NCBI GenBank assembly: GCA_965200315.1
Contig: OZ241362.1
Span: 2,347,117 to 2,411,116 of the forward strand
DNA length: 64,000 nt
Direction of reading: 5' to 3'
Source of the DNA: Candidatus Latescibacterota bacterium
GTDB taxonomy: Bacteria; Latescibacterota; UBA2968; UBA8231
Position 1 is the first letter of the stretch, and each line of letters opens with the position of its first letter. Below are positions 1 to 9,405 of this stretch, one piece after another. The position numbers and the translations under genes are program-made. The notes under the pieces were generated by a model that searched no databases, was not told the DNA's origin, and worked only from the letters and a program-made list of their open reading frames with translations.

Positions 1-127
1 AAACATGGTGTCGGCGCAGATTTTCCGTCACATTATTCCAAAAGGCCGTCTCATGCAGCCAAAACGGGTTCCCTATTATCAAAAAGGGCGGCGCAATAAC
101 AGGACGCTTGTCCTTGATTTCTTTCAT
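1..127 (-). CDS. hypothetical protein, N-terminal part only (runs off the left edge)
   Basis: ATG at 127 with AGGAGA 6 nt upstream. The frame stays open to position 1 (MKEIKDKRPVIAPPFLIIGNPFWLHETAFWNNVTENLRRHHV...). Under 60 aa is visible, so it is absent from the ORF track. No family recognised. Confidence 0.3.
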   Translation of the reverse strand, partial: MKEIKDKRPVIAPPFLIIGNPFWLHETAFWNNVTENLRRHHV

Positions 128-157
128 GCTCTTTCTCCTGTCCAGTTCTATCGGCCA

Positions 158-346
158 TTAGGGTGTATTCCTTTGGACCATCTCTTCTGTTTGCTGCCTA
201 ATCTCTGCGGCCCGGTGATATTTTTTGGCCGCCTCCGGGTCAGCAAAATGCTTCTTGGATAGCCTGACAACCTTCCGCGCTTGAAACGGATTGAAGGCGA
301 CCTTTACCTGCCTATTGCAGCTTGCATAGACCATGAATGGATTCAT
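158..346 (-). CDS. hypothetical small protein (62 aa)
   Basis: ATG at 346 preceded by AGGGAG about 8 nt upstream (the track start at 355 is GTG). It lies 30 nt upstream of the next small ORF, in a visibly lower-GC stretch. No family recognised. Confidence 0.35.
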   Translation of the reverse strand: MNPFMVYASCNRQVKVAFNPFQARKVVRLSKKHFADPEAAKKYHRAAEIRQQTEEMVQRNTP

Positions 347-411
347 AATAATCACTCCCTTCCTAGGGGAGAGAGTCAGTCGGTTGAATTAACAGGTGCT
401 ACCGCCCCGGT

Positions 412-3400
412 CTAACGTTTTGCCACCCACAGCTTCCACTCCTCGACCGCGCAGTAAAGCACCGGCACAACCGGCGCGGTCAGCACCACCGCCATCATGC
501 CGCCGAAGGTGGGAATGGCCATCGGCAGCATGAGGTCTGCGCCGCGTCCACTTGCCGTCAGCACCGGGACCAGCGCCAAGATCGTGGTGGCCGCGGTCAT
601 CAGGCAGGGGCGGATGCGCCGCACCCCAGCGGCGAGCGCGGCGCGGCGCATCGCCTCGACGGTCGCTGGCTTTTGCTCGCGGAAGATTTGGCGCAAGTAC
701 GTCGCCACGATCACGCCGTTGTCCGAGGCAATGCCAAACAGCGCGAGAAAACCCACCCACACCGCCACGCTCAAGTTCAGCGGACGGACGTGGAAGAGGT
801 CGCGCATCTGTGTGTCGAAGACGGAGAAATCCAAAAACCATTCCTGCCCGTAGAGCCACAGCATGGCAAAGCCACCGGCCCAAGCCACCGCAACCCCAGA
901 AAAGACCATCAGCGCTGTGCCGGCGTTGCCAAATTGGAAATAGAGGATGAGGAAAATAATCGCCAGCGCGAGCGGCAGCAGCACGTTGAGCTTCTTCTGC
1001 GCTCGCAGTTGATTTTCATAGCTGCCGGCGAAGGTGTAGCTGACGCCAGTCTCCAGCACTAAATCGCCATTGGCCCTTTTACTGGCCAAATAATATCGAC
1101 ACGCTTCCACCACATCGACTTCCGCGTACCCCGGCTTCTTGTCAAAGAGCACGTAGCCTAGCAAAAACGTATCTTCGCTCTTGATGACTTGGGGGCCGCG
1201 CACGTAGCGAATCTCGGCCAATTCGCCCAAGGGTATCTGCGCTCCGTCCGGTGCTGGCACCAGAATGCGCACTAGGTCCTCGACGCTGTCGCGCAACTCG
1301 CGCATGTAGCGCACCCGCACGGGATAGCGCTCGCGCCCTTCCACCGTAGTAGTGACCAGCTTGCCCCCGATGGCGATCTCAATTACGTCCTGCACCTTTT
1401 GCAGGGCGATGCCGTGGCGGGCAATGGCCTCGCGGTCGATGTGGATCTCCAAGTAGGGCTTACCGACGATGCGGTCGGCGTTGACGGTCGCCGGCTCGAC
1501 CAAGGGCACTTTCTTGAGCAAGCGCTCTATCTCCAAGCCGGCGCGCTCGATGGCCTCCAAACTCGGGCCTTTGATCTCAATGCCCATGGGCGCGCGCATC
1601 CCGCTCTGCAACATGACGAGCCGGGCGGCAATCGGCTGCAACTTCGGTGCCGAGGTTGAGCCGGGAATCTGGCCGGCCCGAGCGATCTCCGCCCATATAT
1701 CGTCGGGGCTCTGTATCCCCGGCCAAGCGGCGCGTCCCGGATTGAGCGCGGGCTCCAAGGGCGGACGCCACAAGCGAAAAGGACGCCCGCTGGCGTCGGG
1801 CACGAGGCGACCAGTCTCATCGCGAATATAGCGGCCCGGCACCTTGTAGGGTGCGCCATCGGGGGCGGACGCAGGCGTGCCATCGGACGCACGGAACAGG
1901 TCCGTGGCGTGCTCGTCAAAAGCGAACAATCGGCGGCGACCATCCACGTCAGTGAGGTATTCCGCACGATAGTTGATCACAGTCTCAATCATGGAAATCG
2001 GCGCGGGGTCCAGCGGCGACTCCGCCCGTCCCAACTTCCCCACGGCGGACGCCACTTCTGGTATCTGCGAAATGGCCGCGTTTTGCTTCTGCAGGACGTC
2101 GAGCACCTCGCCGATGGATGCGTGCGGCATGGTCGTCGGCATCCACAGGAAGGAGCCTTCGTCGAGAGGCGGCATAAACTCCTTGCCCAACCCGGGCAGG
2201 GCCTCGGCGAGAGCGGCAAAAGGCGCTGAATGACGCAAGGCAGGCGGCACAAAGCCAAAGACGCGGGCAAAACCCAGCCACGCAGACGCGCCCGCCAGCA
2301 GCAGCAACAAGGGGAACAACAGGGCCAAGCCCTTGTGATCCAGACACCACCGGAGTACGCGGGGGAATGCGCCTTGCAAGGCGCGAAAAAGCGCCAACAG
2401 GCCGCCGATCAATCCGGCGACGAAGAGAAAATTGCGCCATCCGCCCTTTTCCGGTCCCAAGGGCAACCAATGTTCCGCTAGCACGGCAACGACCCCGATA
2501 GCCGCGGCGGCTATAACACCCCGAGCCACCCACAAGCGCACCCGCTCAGGTACGCGGGCGGCGAGCAGGTGATACGCTCCAATAGCTATCAGCAGCAGAC
2601 CAACCCACCACGACAGCGCGAGGGCCACTCCAAGACCACAGGCCGCCCAAAGACCAGGTGCCCAACTCCCCAGTCGCGTACCAAACGCGCAGTGCGCCAA
2701 GGCCGGCAAAGCCGTCAGTGACAGCCACACCGCGGCCAACAGCGCGAAGGTCTTGGTAAAAGCCAGTGGCGCAAAGAGTTTGCCCTCGGCCCCTTGCATG
2801 GCGAAGACGGGCAAAAAGCCCACCACTGTGGTGAGCACGGCCGTCAGCACGGCACCGCCGACCTCGCGCGTGGCGCGGAAGACCACCTCCAAACGGTCGT
2901 CCTCTGCGTCTGCATCCTCTAGGTGCTTGAGGATGTTCTCGCTGATGACGATGCCCATATCGACCATGGTGCCGATGGCGATGGCAATGCCGGAGAGGGC
3001 GACTATGTTGGCGTCAATGCCAAAGACCTTCATCGCGGCGAAGCAGGCGAGCACAGCGAGCGGCAACAGCCCAGAGACCAGCATGGCTCCCCGTAGGTTC
3101 AGCACCAGCGCCAGCACCACGATCACCGTTACCAGCACCTCCTCGCTCAGGGCACGCTCCAACGTGCCCAGCGTCTCCTCAATCAATCCGGAGCGGTCGT
3201 AAAAAGGGATCACCTGCACTTGGCTGACCCGCCCGTCGAGCAAGGTTTTCTTGGGCAGGCTCGGGGCGATTTCCGCGACCTTGGCCTTGACGCTTTCAAT
3301 GGCGGCTAGCGGATTAGCACCGAAGCGCGCCACAACCACGCCGCCGACCACCTCTGCACCTTCCTTGTCCAACGCGCCGCGCCGCAACGCCGGCCCTAGC

Positions 3401-4266
3401 GCGACCCGCGCGACGTTCTTGACGTAAATCGGAACGTTGTCCCGCGCCTTAATGACGGCATTTTCAAGGTCGGCCAAGCCTTTGACAAAGCCGATGCCGC
3501 GAATGACGTACTCGGCTCGATTCAGCTCTACGGTGCGCGCGCCCACGTCCCGGTTGGACATGCGCACCGCGTGGAAGACCTCGTCGAGCCGCACCCCATA
3601 GGCGCGCAGTGCGTCTGGGTTGACATCGATTTGGTATTCCTGCACGAAGCCGCCCACAGACGCCACCTCGCTGATGCCGTCGGCCGCTAACAGGGCATAG
3701 CGCACCTGCCAGTCCTGAATGCGGCGCAACTCGTGCAAATCCCAGCCGCCGGTGGGCGCACCCTGTTCGTCGCGGCCTTCCAGTGTGTACCAGAACACTT
3801 GCCCCAAGGCCGTTGCGTCCGGCCCCAAGGCCGGCTGGACGCCCTCGGGCAAAAGGCCGGCCGGTAGGCTGTTGAGCTTTTCGAGAATGCGGGAGCGCGA
3901 CCAGTAGAAATCGACTTCTTCGGCAAAAATTACATAGATGCTCGAAAAGCCGAACATCGAGGAACTGCGGATCGTCTCGACGCCCGGCACACCCAAAAGG
4001 GCCGTAGTCAGCGGATAGGTCACCTGATCTTCCACGTCTTGCGGCGAGCGGCCCGGCCATTCGCTGAAGACGATCTGCTGGTTTTCGCCAATGTCTGGGA
4101 TCGCATCTACAGGCACGGGGTCACGCGGCAGCCACTCCAATTCCCAAGCAAAGGGGGCGACCGCAAGGCCCCAACCCACGAGGCCGACCAACATGAGCGC
4201 GACGACCAGCTTGCGCGTGAGAAAGAAGCGCACCAAGCGGGTGAGCAGCGAATTTTGTCCTTCCAT
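412..4266 (-). CDS. heavy-metal efflux RND permease, CusA/CzcA family (1284 aa, long form)
   Basis: The N-terminus (NSLLTRLVRFFLTRKLVVALMLVGL ... ENQQIVFSEWPGRSPQDVEDQVTYPLT) and the 12-TM RND architecture read like CusA/CzcA. The start overlaps the adaptor stop by 1 nt (TGATG). It has extra segments relative to the roughly 1040-aa CusA. Confidence 0.93.
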   Translation of the reverse strand: MEGQNSLLTRLVRFFLTRKLVVALMLVGLVGWGLAVAPFAWELEWLPRDPVPVDAIPDIGENQQIVFSEWPGRSPQDVEDQVTYPLTTALLGVPGVETIRSSSMFGFSSIYVIFAEEVDFYWSRSRILEKLNSLPAGLLPEGVQPALGPDATALGQVFWYTLEGRDEQGAPTGGWDLHELRRIQDWQVRYALLAADGISEVASVGGFVQEYQIDVNPDALRAYGVRLDEVFHAVRMSNRDVGARTVELNRAEYVIRGIGFVKGLADLENAVIKARDNVPIYVKNVARVALGPALRRGALDKEGAEVVGGVVVARFGANPLAAIESVKAKVAEIAPSLPKKTLLDGRVSQVQVIPFYDRSGLIEETLGTLERALSEEVLVTVIVVLALVLNLRGAMLVSGLLPLAVLACFAAMKVFGIDANIVALSGIAIAIGTMVDMGIVISENILKHLEDADAEDDRLEVVFRATREVGGAVLTAVLTTVVGFLPVFAMQGAEGKLFAPLAFTKTFALLAAVWLSLTALPALAHCAFGTRLGSWAPGLWAACGLGVALALSWWVGLLLIAIGAYHLLAARVPERVRLWVARGVIAAAAIGVVAVLAEHWLPLGPEKGGWRNFLFVAGLIGGLLALFRALQGAFPRVLRWCLDHKGLALLFPLLLLLAGASAWLGFARVFGFVPPALRHSAPFAALAEALPGLGKEFMPPLDEGSFLWMPTTMPHASIGEVLDVLQKQNAAISQIPEVASAVGKLGRAESPLDPAPISMIETVINYRAEYLTDVDGRRRLFAFDEHATDLFRASDGTPASAPDGAPYKVPGRYIRDETGRLVPDASGRPFRLWRPPLEPALNPGRAAWPGIQSPDDIWAEIARAGQIPGSTSAPKLQPIAARLVMLQSGMRAPMGIEIKGPSLEAIERAGLEIERLLKKVPLVEPATVNADRIVGKPYLEIHIDREAIARHGIALQKVQDVIEIAIGGKLVTTTVEGRERYPVRVRYMRELRDSVEDLVRILVPAPDGAQIPLGELAEIRYVRGPQVIKSEDTFLLGYVLFDKKPGYAEVDVVEACRYYLASKRANGDLVLETGVSYTFAGSYENQLRAQKKLNVLLPLALAIIFLILYFQFGNAGTALMVFSGVAVAWAGGFAMLWLYGQEWFLDFSVFDTQMRDLFHVRPLNLSVAVWVGFLALFGIASDNGVIVATYLRQIFREQKPATVEAMRRAALAAGVRRIRPCLMTAATTILALVPVLTASGRGADLMLPMAIPTFGGMMAVVLTAPVVPVLYCAVEEWKLWVAKR

Positions 4267-5750
4267 CAGGGACCTCCGTGGCTGTGCTCATGCGTGGAGG
4301 ATGTGGGTGCGCTACTCCCACCGCGATGGGGAGCACCGCCTGCTGGATACATCGCACTCGGCTGGGCGCGGATCTGGAGGGCACTGTCGATTTTGAACGC
4401 GCCATTGATCACCACTTGCTCTCCCGCGCGCAGCCCCTCGCGGACCAAGTAGTAATCCCCGGCCCGCGGCCCAAGCACGACCTCGCGGCCTTCGTACATG
4501 CCCTCGCCGAGCGCGACGTACACCACAGCGCGTTTGCCCGTCAGCAGCGGTGCCGAAGCTGGCACCACTAGCGGCATCTCGCGCTCCGCCTCGTCGCCAG
4601 TGTCATACAGCTCTTCGGCGCTCACTAGGGCCATGCCGCAAATGTCGCAGGCACCGGGCGCGTCGCGGACGATCTCTGGGTGCATTGGGCTGACCCACTT
4701 GCCCTTGAGCGCGGGCGACATGGCCCGGCCGTGGGCACCCACCTCGGCTTGGGCCACGGCCCACACCAGCATCCCCGGCTTTAGCCGACCTTGCTCGTTT
4801 GCCACGTTGACTCGTACGCGCACCGTGCGCGTACGCTCGTCCAGCACGGGATCGACGAAGGATATTTGGCCGTTGAACACCTCGCCCGGATAGGCTTCGG
4901 TCGAGAATTCGACGGCCTGACCGTAGTGGATCCAAGATATATCCGACTCGTAGGAGCGGAGTTCCAGCCACAGCCGCGACAAGTCCGCAATGGTGTATAT
5001 CGGCGTCCCGGTCTGCACGTACGCCCCCTCGCTGAGGTGCTTTTCTATCACCACGCCACCTGTTGGCGCGTAGATCGTCAAGTGGTCGGAGGCACGGCGC
5101 TCGCGCTCGACGCGCTCGATTTGCTCCTCCTTCAGCCCAAGCAGGCGCAGCTTTTCTCGCGCGGCCTCGACTGTCGCCTGCGCCGTCTGCCCAACGGACG
5201 TGCCGCTGTCAATCAATCGCTCGCGAGCGCGCAGGGCCTGGATTAGCTCCTCTTGGGAGGTCAGTAACTCGGGGCTGTAGAGATAGGCTATGTGATCGCC
5301 CTTTTCGACCCGCACGCCCGTGTAGTCCACGTACAGCCGATCAATCCGGCCCGCAACCCAAGCGGTGATGGAGCGGACTTGCGTCTCATCTACCGCAATT
5401 TTGCCGACCATCCGCGTCTCGACCGGCGCGAAGCGGCGCTCGACCGACGCAGTCTGGATGCTGGCAAGCTCCTGCGCGGCGGGTGACAGGCGCAGCTCGC
5501 GCGGCCCCAAGGAGTCTCCCACAGCGGGCGCAGCCACCGGGATTAGGTCCATTCCGCAAATTGGACATTGGCCCGGTCTAGGCTGGCGAATTTGCGGGTG
5601 CATCGAGCAAGTCCACGTTTCGGCCTGTTCAGCGACTGCAGAGGGTGCGTGTCCGCTCGGTGTGTCCGAGCCGCCCAGACCCCAACCCACAGCGAGGCCG
5701 ACGATCCCCGCCACGATACCGGTAGCTATTATTTGCTTTGTCGCTTTCAT
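4266..5750 (-). CDS. efflux RND periplasmic adaptor (CusB/CzcB-like) with two Cys-x2-Cys metal-binding modules
   Basis: Signal/anchor helix, then CSMHPQIRQPRPGQCPICGMDL and a second module SPMHPEIVRDAPGACDICGMAL. Barrel-sandwich, beta-barrel and membrane-proximal adaptor regions follow. C-terminal His-rich tail THEHSHGGP. Confidence 0.9.
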   Translation of the reverse strand: MKATKQIIATGIVAGIVGLAVGWGLGGSDTPSGHAPSAVAEQAETWTCSMHPQIRQPRPGQCPICGMDLIPVAAPAVGDSLGPRELRLSPAAQELASIQTASVERRFAPVETRMVGKIAVDETQVRSITAWVAGRIDRLYVDYTGVRVEKGDHIAYLYSPELLTSQEELIQALRARERLIDSGTSVGQTAQATVEAAREKLRLLGLKEEQIERVERERRASDHLTIYAPTGGVVIEKHLSEGAYVQTGTPIYTIADLSRLWLELRSYESDISWIHYGQAVEFSTEAYPGEVFNGQISFVDPVLDERTRTVRVRVNVANEQGRLKPGMLVWAVAQAEVGAHGRAMSPALKGKWVSPMHPEIVRDAPGACDICGMALVSAEELYDTGDEAEREMPLVVPASAPLLTGKRAVVYVALGEGMYEGREVVLGPRAGDYYLVREGLRAGEQVVINGAFKIDSALQIRAQPSAMYPAGGAPHRGGSSAPTSSTHEHSHGGP

Positions 5751-7012
5751 CGTTGGATTTCCTCTGTGATTGAGGGTTCACCGACCAGCTTCTCTATCTC
5801 GGCCCAATGCAGGGCTTGGTCGGTGCGTGCGCGTTCGTACGCTAGCTGGAACTCCAGCAAAGTCCGTTGGGCGTCGATGACCGCGAGAAAATCGCTGCGG
5901 TCGGCAGCAAAGGCGCGTTGGGTTACGTTGAGCACCTGTTCGGCCTTGGGCAGCAGGCTGTCTCGGTAGAGGGCACTGCGGCTTTGGGCGTCGCGCTGCT
6001 TGTACAAGGCCAGTTCCAACTCGGCAACGAGTCTATTCTCCTCGTCCGCAATGCCCTGCAAGGCGGCCTGATGGCTCAGCTTAGCTGCACGTTCCCCGGC
6101 CTCGTAGGACGAGCACCACAAGGGCAAATTGATCGTGGCCATGGCCATCAGTGGATTTTCGCCGCGTTCGCCGATGTGGATGTAATCGAGACTCACGGTC
6201 AGGTCCGGGTAAAACCGCTTGCCAGCCAACTCGACGCCTAGGGACTGCGCCTGCACCTGCGCTTGTCGCATTTGCAGCGTTGGATTCGCGGCCTGCAAAC
6301 GCGCTTTTAACATTTCCTCGTCTAGGTCCGACGCAGCCATGGGCAGCGAATCGGGCACGGCTATCGGAGCCGTCGCCGTGCGACCGAGCGCCGCATTTAA
6401 TCGGGCCGTGACCGGCCGCCGTTGCTGACGCAGACTGCGCAGTTGATCCTCTAAGCGGCCCAATTCCACCTGCGCTTTGAGAACCGGAGCGTGATCGCCG
6501 GTGCCGCCGCGATAGCGAGTGCGGCCTACTTCTTCTAGGTGGGCCAACAGCCGCAAGTTTTCCTCGCTGACGGCGATGGCCCGCTCCAAAAAGTAGCAGT
6601 CGTAGTACGCGGCCTTGACCTCGAAAATCAGCGACCGCCGAGTGGCTTCATAGCGCTGGGCTGCGGCTGCGGCCTCTTGCTGAGCGATCCGTCCCTTGAG
6701 ATCCAATTTGCCCTTCCAAGGGAAGGTTTGCGCCGCGCTAAAGCGCATTTCCTGCGGGCCGGTGCGCGTCTCCACCGGGCGGACGAAATAGCCGTAGGTC
6801 AGGCGGGGGTCGGCCCAAGCACTCGCCGGGGCCACCTTTGCTAGGGCGGCCTTGTAGCGAGTCAAAGCCTGCTTGAGCTTGGGAGTGTGCTGTTCGGCGT
6901 AGCGCACGTACTCCGCGAGGTCGGCGCGGGGATCGAGTGCTGCTTCTTCCTGTGACCAAATCGGTCCTGCGAGCAAACCGACTAGCAGTAGGGCCGTTTT
7001 ACTTTTGTACAT
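5747..7012 (-). CDS. TolC-family outer-membrane efflux protein
   Basis: Signal peptide MYKSKTALLLVGLLAGPIWSQ (ATG at 7012; the track start at 7063 is further upstream). Long helical repeats typical of outer membrane factors. 4-nt overlap with the adaptor gene. Confidence 0.82.
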   Translation of the reverse strand: MYKSKTALLLVGLLAGPIWSQEEAALDPRADLAEYVRYAEQHTPKLKQALTRYKAALAKVAPASAWADPRLTYGYFVRPVETRTGPQEMRFSAAQTFPWKGKLDLKGRIAQQEAAAAAQRYEATRRSLIFEVKAAYYDCYFLERAIAVSEENLRLLAHLEEVGRTRYRGGTGDHAPVLKAQVELGRLEDQLRSLRQQRRPVTARLNAALGRTATAPIAVPDSLPMAASDLDEEMLKARLQAANPTLQMRQAQVQAQSLGVELAGKRFYPDLTVSLDYIHIGERGENPLMAMATINLPLWCSSYEAGERAAKLSHQAALQGIADEENRLVAELELALYKQRDAQSRSALYRDSLLPKAEQVLNVTQRAFAADRSDFLAVIDAQRTLLEFQLAYERARTDQALHWAEIEKLVGEPSITEEIQR

Positions 7013-7158
7013 GCAAATACTCCTCGCCGCGGGAGGTCTGAAATTCTCGTATAGACCCCGCAAATTGAGTGGAGTGTGGGACTTAGAAGCGTCTGAAAAT
7101 TTCCGAGTATGCCCTAAGTTCGGACAGCTTATTTAGGACAAACCCAGTGCGGCGAGAA

Positions 7159-7521
7159 TCAGATCAGAAAGGAGCAGTAGAGTTGGAAAAGCGGGGGATG
7201 TGGTTGGGGAATGCGGTTGGGCAGCGGTCGCAGCGCAGCCGAACGAGGCGGCAGCGGAGCGGCCGCAACCATGCCGAGCACGGGCGTTGAGACGGATAGC
7301 TGCTCGGCTGGGGGAACAAAAGGAGGAGACGCGCTGTTGGATTTGGTGCGCAGACAGCAACAACCCGCTTGCAGGCCCACGTCGCCGCAGGCATTGGCGA
7401 CGTGGCAGGGCATGGGAGCGGCCTCTGCGACAGAAGCACAGAAAACCTGCAAGCCGCTACAGACAAAAGCCAGCAGCAGGACTAAAGACGCAGTTATGAG
7501 TCGAACGTTTTTCATTCGCAA
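7159..7521 (-). CDS. small secreted Cys-rich protein, unknown function
   Basis: N-terminal signal-like MRMKNVRLITASLVLLLAFVCSG, then PMPCHVANACGD and GCCCL, then a Pro-rich tail. Sits about 146 nt upstream of the efflux operon on the same strand. Several overlapping alternative ORFs make the call tentative. Confidence 0.45.
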   Translation of the reverse strand: MRMKNVRLITASLVLLLAFVCSGLQVFCASVAEAAPMPCHVANACGDVGLQAGCCCLRTKSNSASPPFVPPAEQLSVSTPVLGMVAAAPLPPRSAALRPLPNRIPQPHPPLFQLYCSFLI

Positions 7522-7582
7522 TCAATCGCTCGGCAGCAGGCCAAGTACACAAATAGACTACGGATCGAATAAAGAAAATTCG

Positions 7583-8299
7583 CTACTTGGGCACCAGCTT
7601 GCGCACGCCGCGCTCGTACACCACCTCGTACTCGCCCTCCGGCACCTTCATATTCCGCACGGCCAATTCGCCCATCGTCACCAGCGGCTCAGACTTTAAG
7701 AGCAGCTCGTCGAACGACTCCTCGGGCGTCTTGCCGGTGGTGTCTAAGACGATGGTGCGGTTCTGGTGGGTAAACAGCGACGCGGCGATCTCTTCCTCAA
7801 AGCGCGCTTTAACCTCGGCAATATGTTCTTGGCGTACGACCGGATATTCGTGCGGGCTGTCCTGCATCCGCCGTGCGATCTCCTCGTCGGAGGCCGTTAC
7901 GTGGAAGAGCACCACATCGGGCAGATGGGCCTCGATCACCAGCGATTCGTAGAGCCGCTGGAAGCCGTAGTGGAAGTTCGGGTAGTAAAAGCTGTCCGGG
8001 TCGTCGCCGTAAAAGCGAGTGTACACGGCCTCCTCTAGATGCCAGCCGACGATCAGCGGACAGGCGTACTTTTTGATGATGTCCACATGGTAGTGGATCT
8101 GCATTCGCTGGGAGCGCTCCTTCATGTCGTTGGGCAAGCCAACCAATATCTGGCGCGACTCCGGGCTGAGCGAAGCGTCGGGGAGGGTGAAATGATCGTC
8201 GCCGTGGATAGGGACTCGGCGGTGCCGGTAGTACCCCCCGAGCATGGTGGCCAGCGTACTTTTCCCTGCGTATTCAATGCCTGCAAAAATGCTGCGCAT
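7583..8299 (-). CDS. P-loop NTPase / kinase-like protein, function unknown
   Basis: Walker A-like GIEYAGKST at the N-terminus. ATG at 8299 with AAGGAG about 7 nt upstream. Divergent from hemH. Confidence 0.7.
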   Translation of the reverse strand: MRSIFAGIEYAGKSTLATMLGGYYRHRRVPIHGDDHFTLPDASLSPESRQILVGLPNDMKERSQRMQIHYHVDIIKKYACPLIVGWHLEEAVYTRFYGDDPDSFYYPNFHYGFQRLYESLVIEAHLPDVVLFHVTASDEEIARRMQDSPHEYPVVRQEHIAEVKARFEEEIAASLFTHQNRTIVLDTTGKTPEESFDELLLKSEPLVTMGELAVRNMKVPEGEYEVVYERGVRKLVPK

Positions 8300-8388
8300 G
8301 TCTGCTCTCCTTAGGGCTTTTCAAGACGGCGTTCTCAGATATATTGTCAAAGGTAAGTCGCTTCACACCCTCCAGCAAACGCCTGCTT

Positions 8389-9405
8389 ATGCCCGCTAGC
8401 TCTGCCAAAATTGGCGTCCTCGTCGCCCAGCTCGGCACGCCGCAAGCACCCACTGCCCGCGCCCTGCGGCCCTATCTGCGCCAATTCCTCTCCGACCCGC
8501 GCGTCATCGACCTCCACCCGCTCAGGTGGTATCCCATTCTCTATCTTTTGGTCCTCACCCGCCGTCCCGCGCGCTCGGCCGCCCTGTACGCCAATATCTG
8601 GACCGACGAAGGCTCGCCTCTCATGGTCCATTCCCAAGCGCAAACCCGCGGCTTGCAAGAGCGGTTGGGCGCGGCATACCGGGTCGTGCTCGGCATGCGC
8701 TACGGCGAGCCGAGTATCGCACGTGCCGTACAGTCCCTAGAGGGGGAAGGCGTCGAGCGCATTCTCGTCTTTCCCATGTACCCGCAGTTTTCCTGTGCCA
8801 CCACCGGCTCGATCTACGACGCGGTCAACCGCGCGGCCTTGGGCCGGCGCTGCCCTTGGTTTTTCGACCGCAAACGCCAGATGCCGGTGCTGCGCTTTGT
8901 CCCGCCCTACGCAGACCACCCCGCGTACATCAATGCACTCAAACAGTCGGTCGCCGAAGCGGTCGCCCACCTCCATTGGACGCCTGACCGCTACCTCATC
9001 ACCTTCCACGGCATTCCCCAGCGCTATGTCGATGAAGGCGACCCCTACCGCCGCCAGTGCGAGGAAACCGCACACCAGCTAGCCACAGCACTCGGTCTCG
9101 CAGATGATGAGTGGGTCAGCGGCTTCCAATCGCGCTTTGGCAAAGAGCCTTGGTTAGAGCCTTATACCGAGGAGGTGCTGGCGCGTCTCGGGGGACAGGG
9201 CGTGCGCCGCTTAGTCGCCATCTGCCCCGGCTTTACCGCCGATTGTCTCGAAACGCTCGACGAGATTGGCCGCGAAGGAGCCGAGCAATTTGCCCACGGA
9301 GGCGGCCAACAGTTCCACTTAGTGCCCTGCCTCAACAACCACCCAGCTTGGCTCGACGCCATGGCCGCTATCGCCCGCCAAGAACTAGCCGGTTGGGATG
9401 CCTGA
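8389..9405 (+). CDS. hemH: ferrochelatase
   Basis: Motifs RPYLRQFLSDPRVID, FHGIPQRY and CPGFTADCLETLDEI. ATG at 8389 is preferred over the upstream TTG at 8344. Confidence 0.9.
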   Translation: MPASSAKIGVLVAQLGTPQAPTARALRPYLRQFLSDPRVIDLHPLRWYPILYLLVLTRRPARSAALYANIWTDEGSPLMVHSQAQTRGLQERLGAAYRVVLGMRYGEPSIARAVQSLEGEGVERILVFPMYPQFSCATTGSIYDAVNRAALGRRCPWFFDRKRQMPVLRFVPPYADHPAYINALKQSVAEAVAHLHWTPDRYLITFHGIPQRYVDEGDPYRRQCEETAHQLATALGLADDEWVSGFQSRFGKEPWLEPYTEEVLARLGGQGVRRLVAICPGFTADCLETLDEIGREGAEQFAHGGGQQFHLVPCLNNHPAWLDAMAAIARQELAGWDA

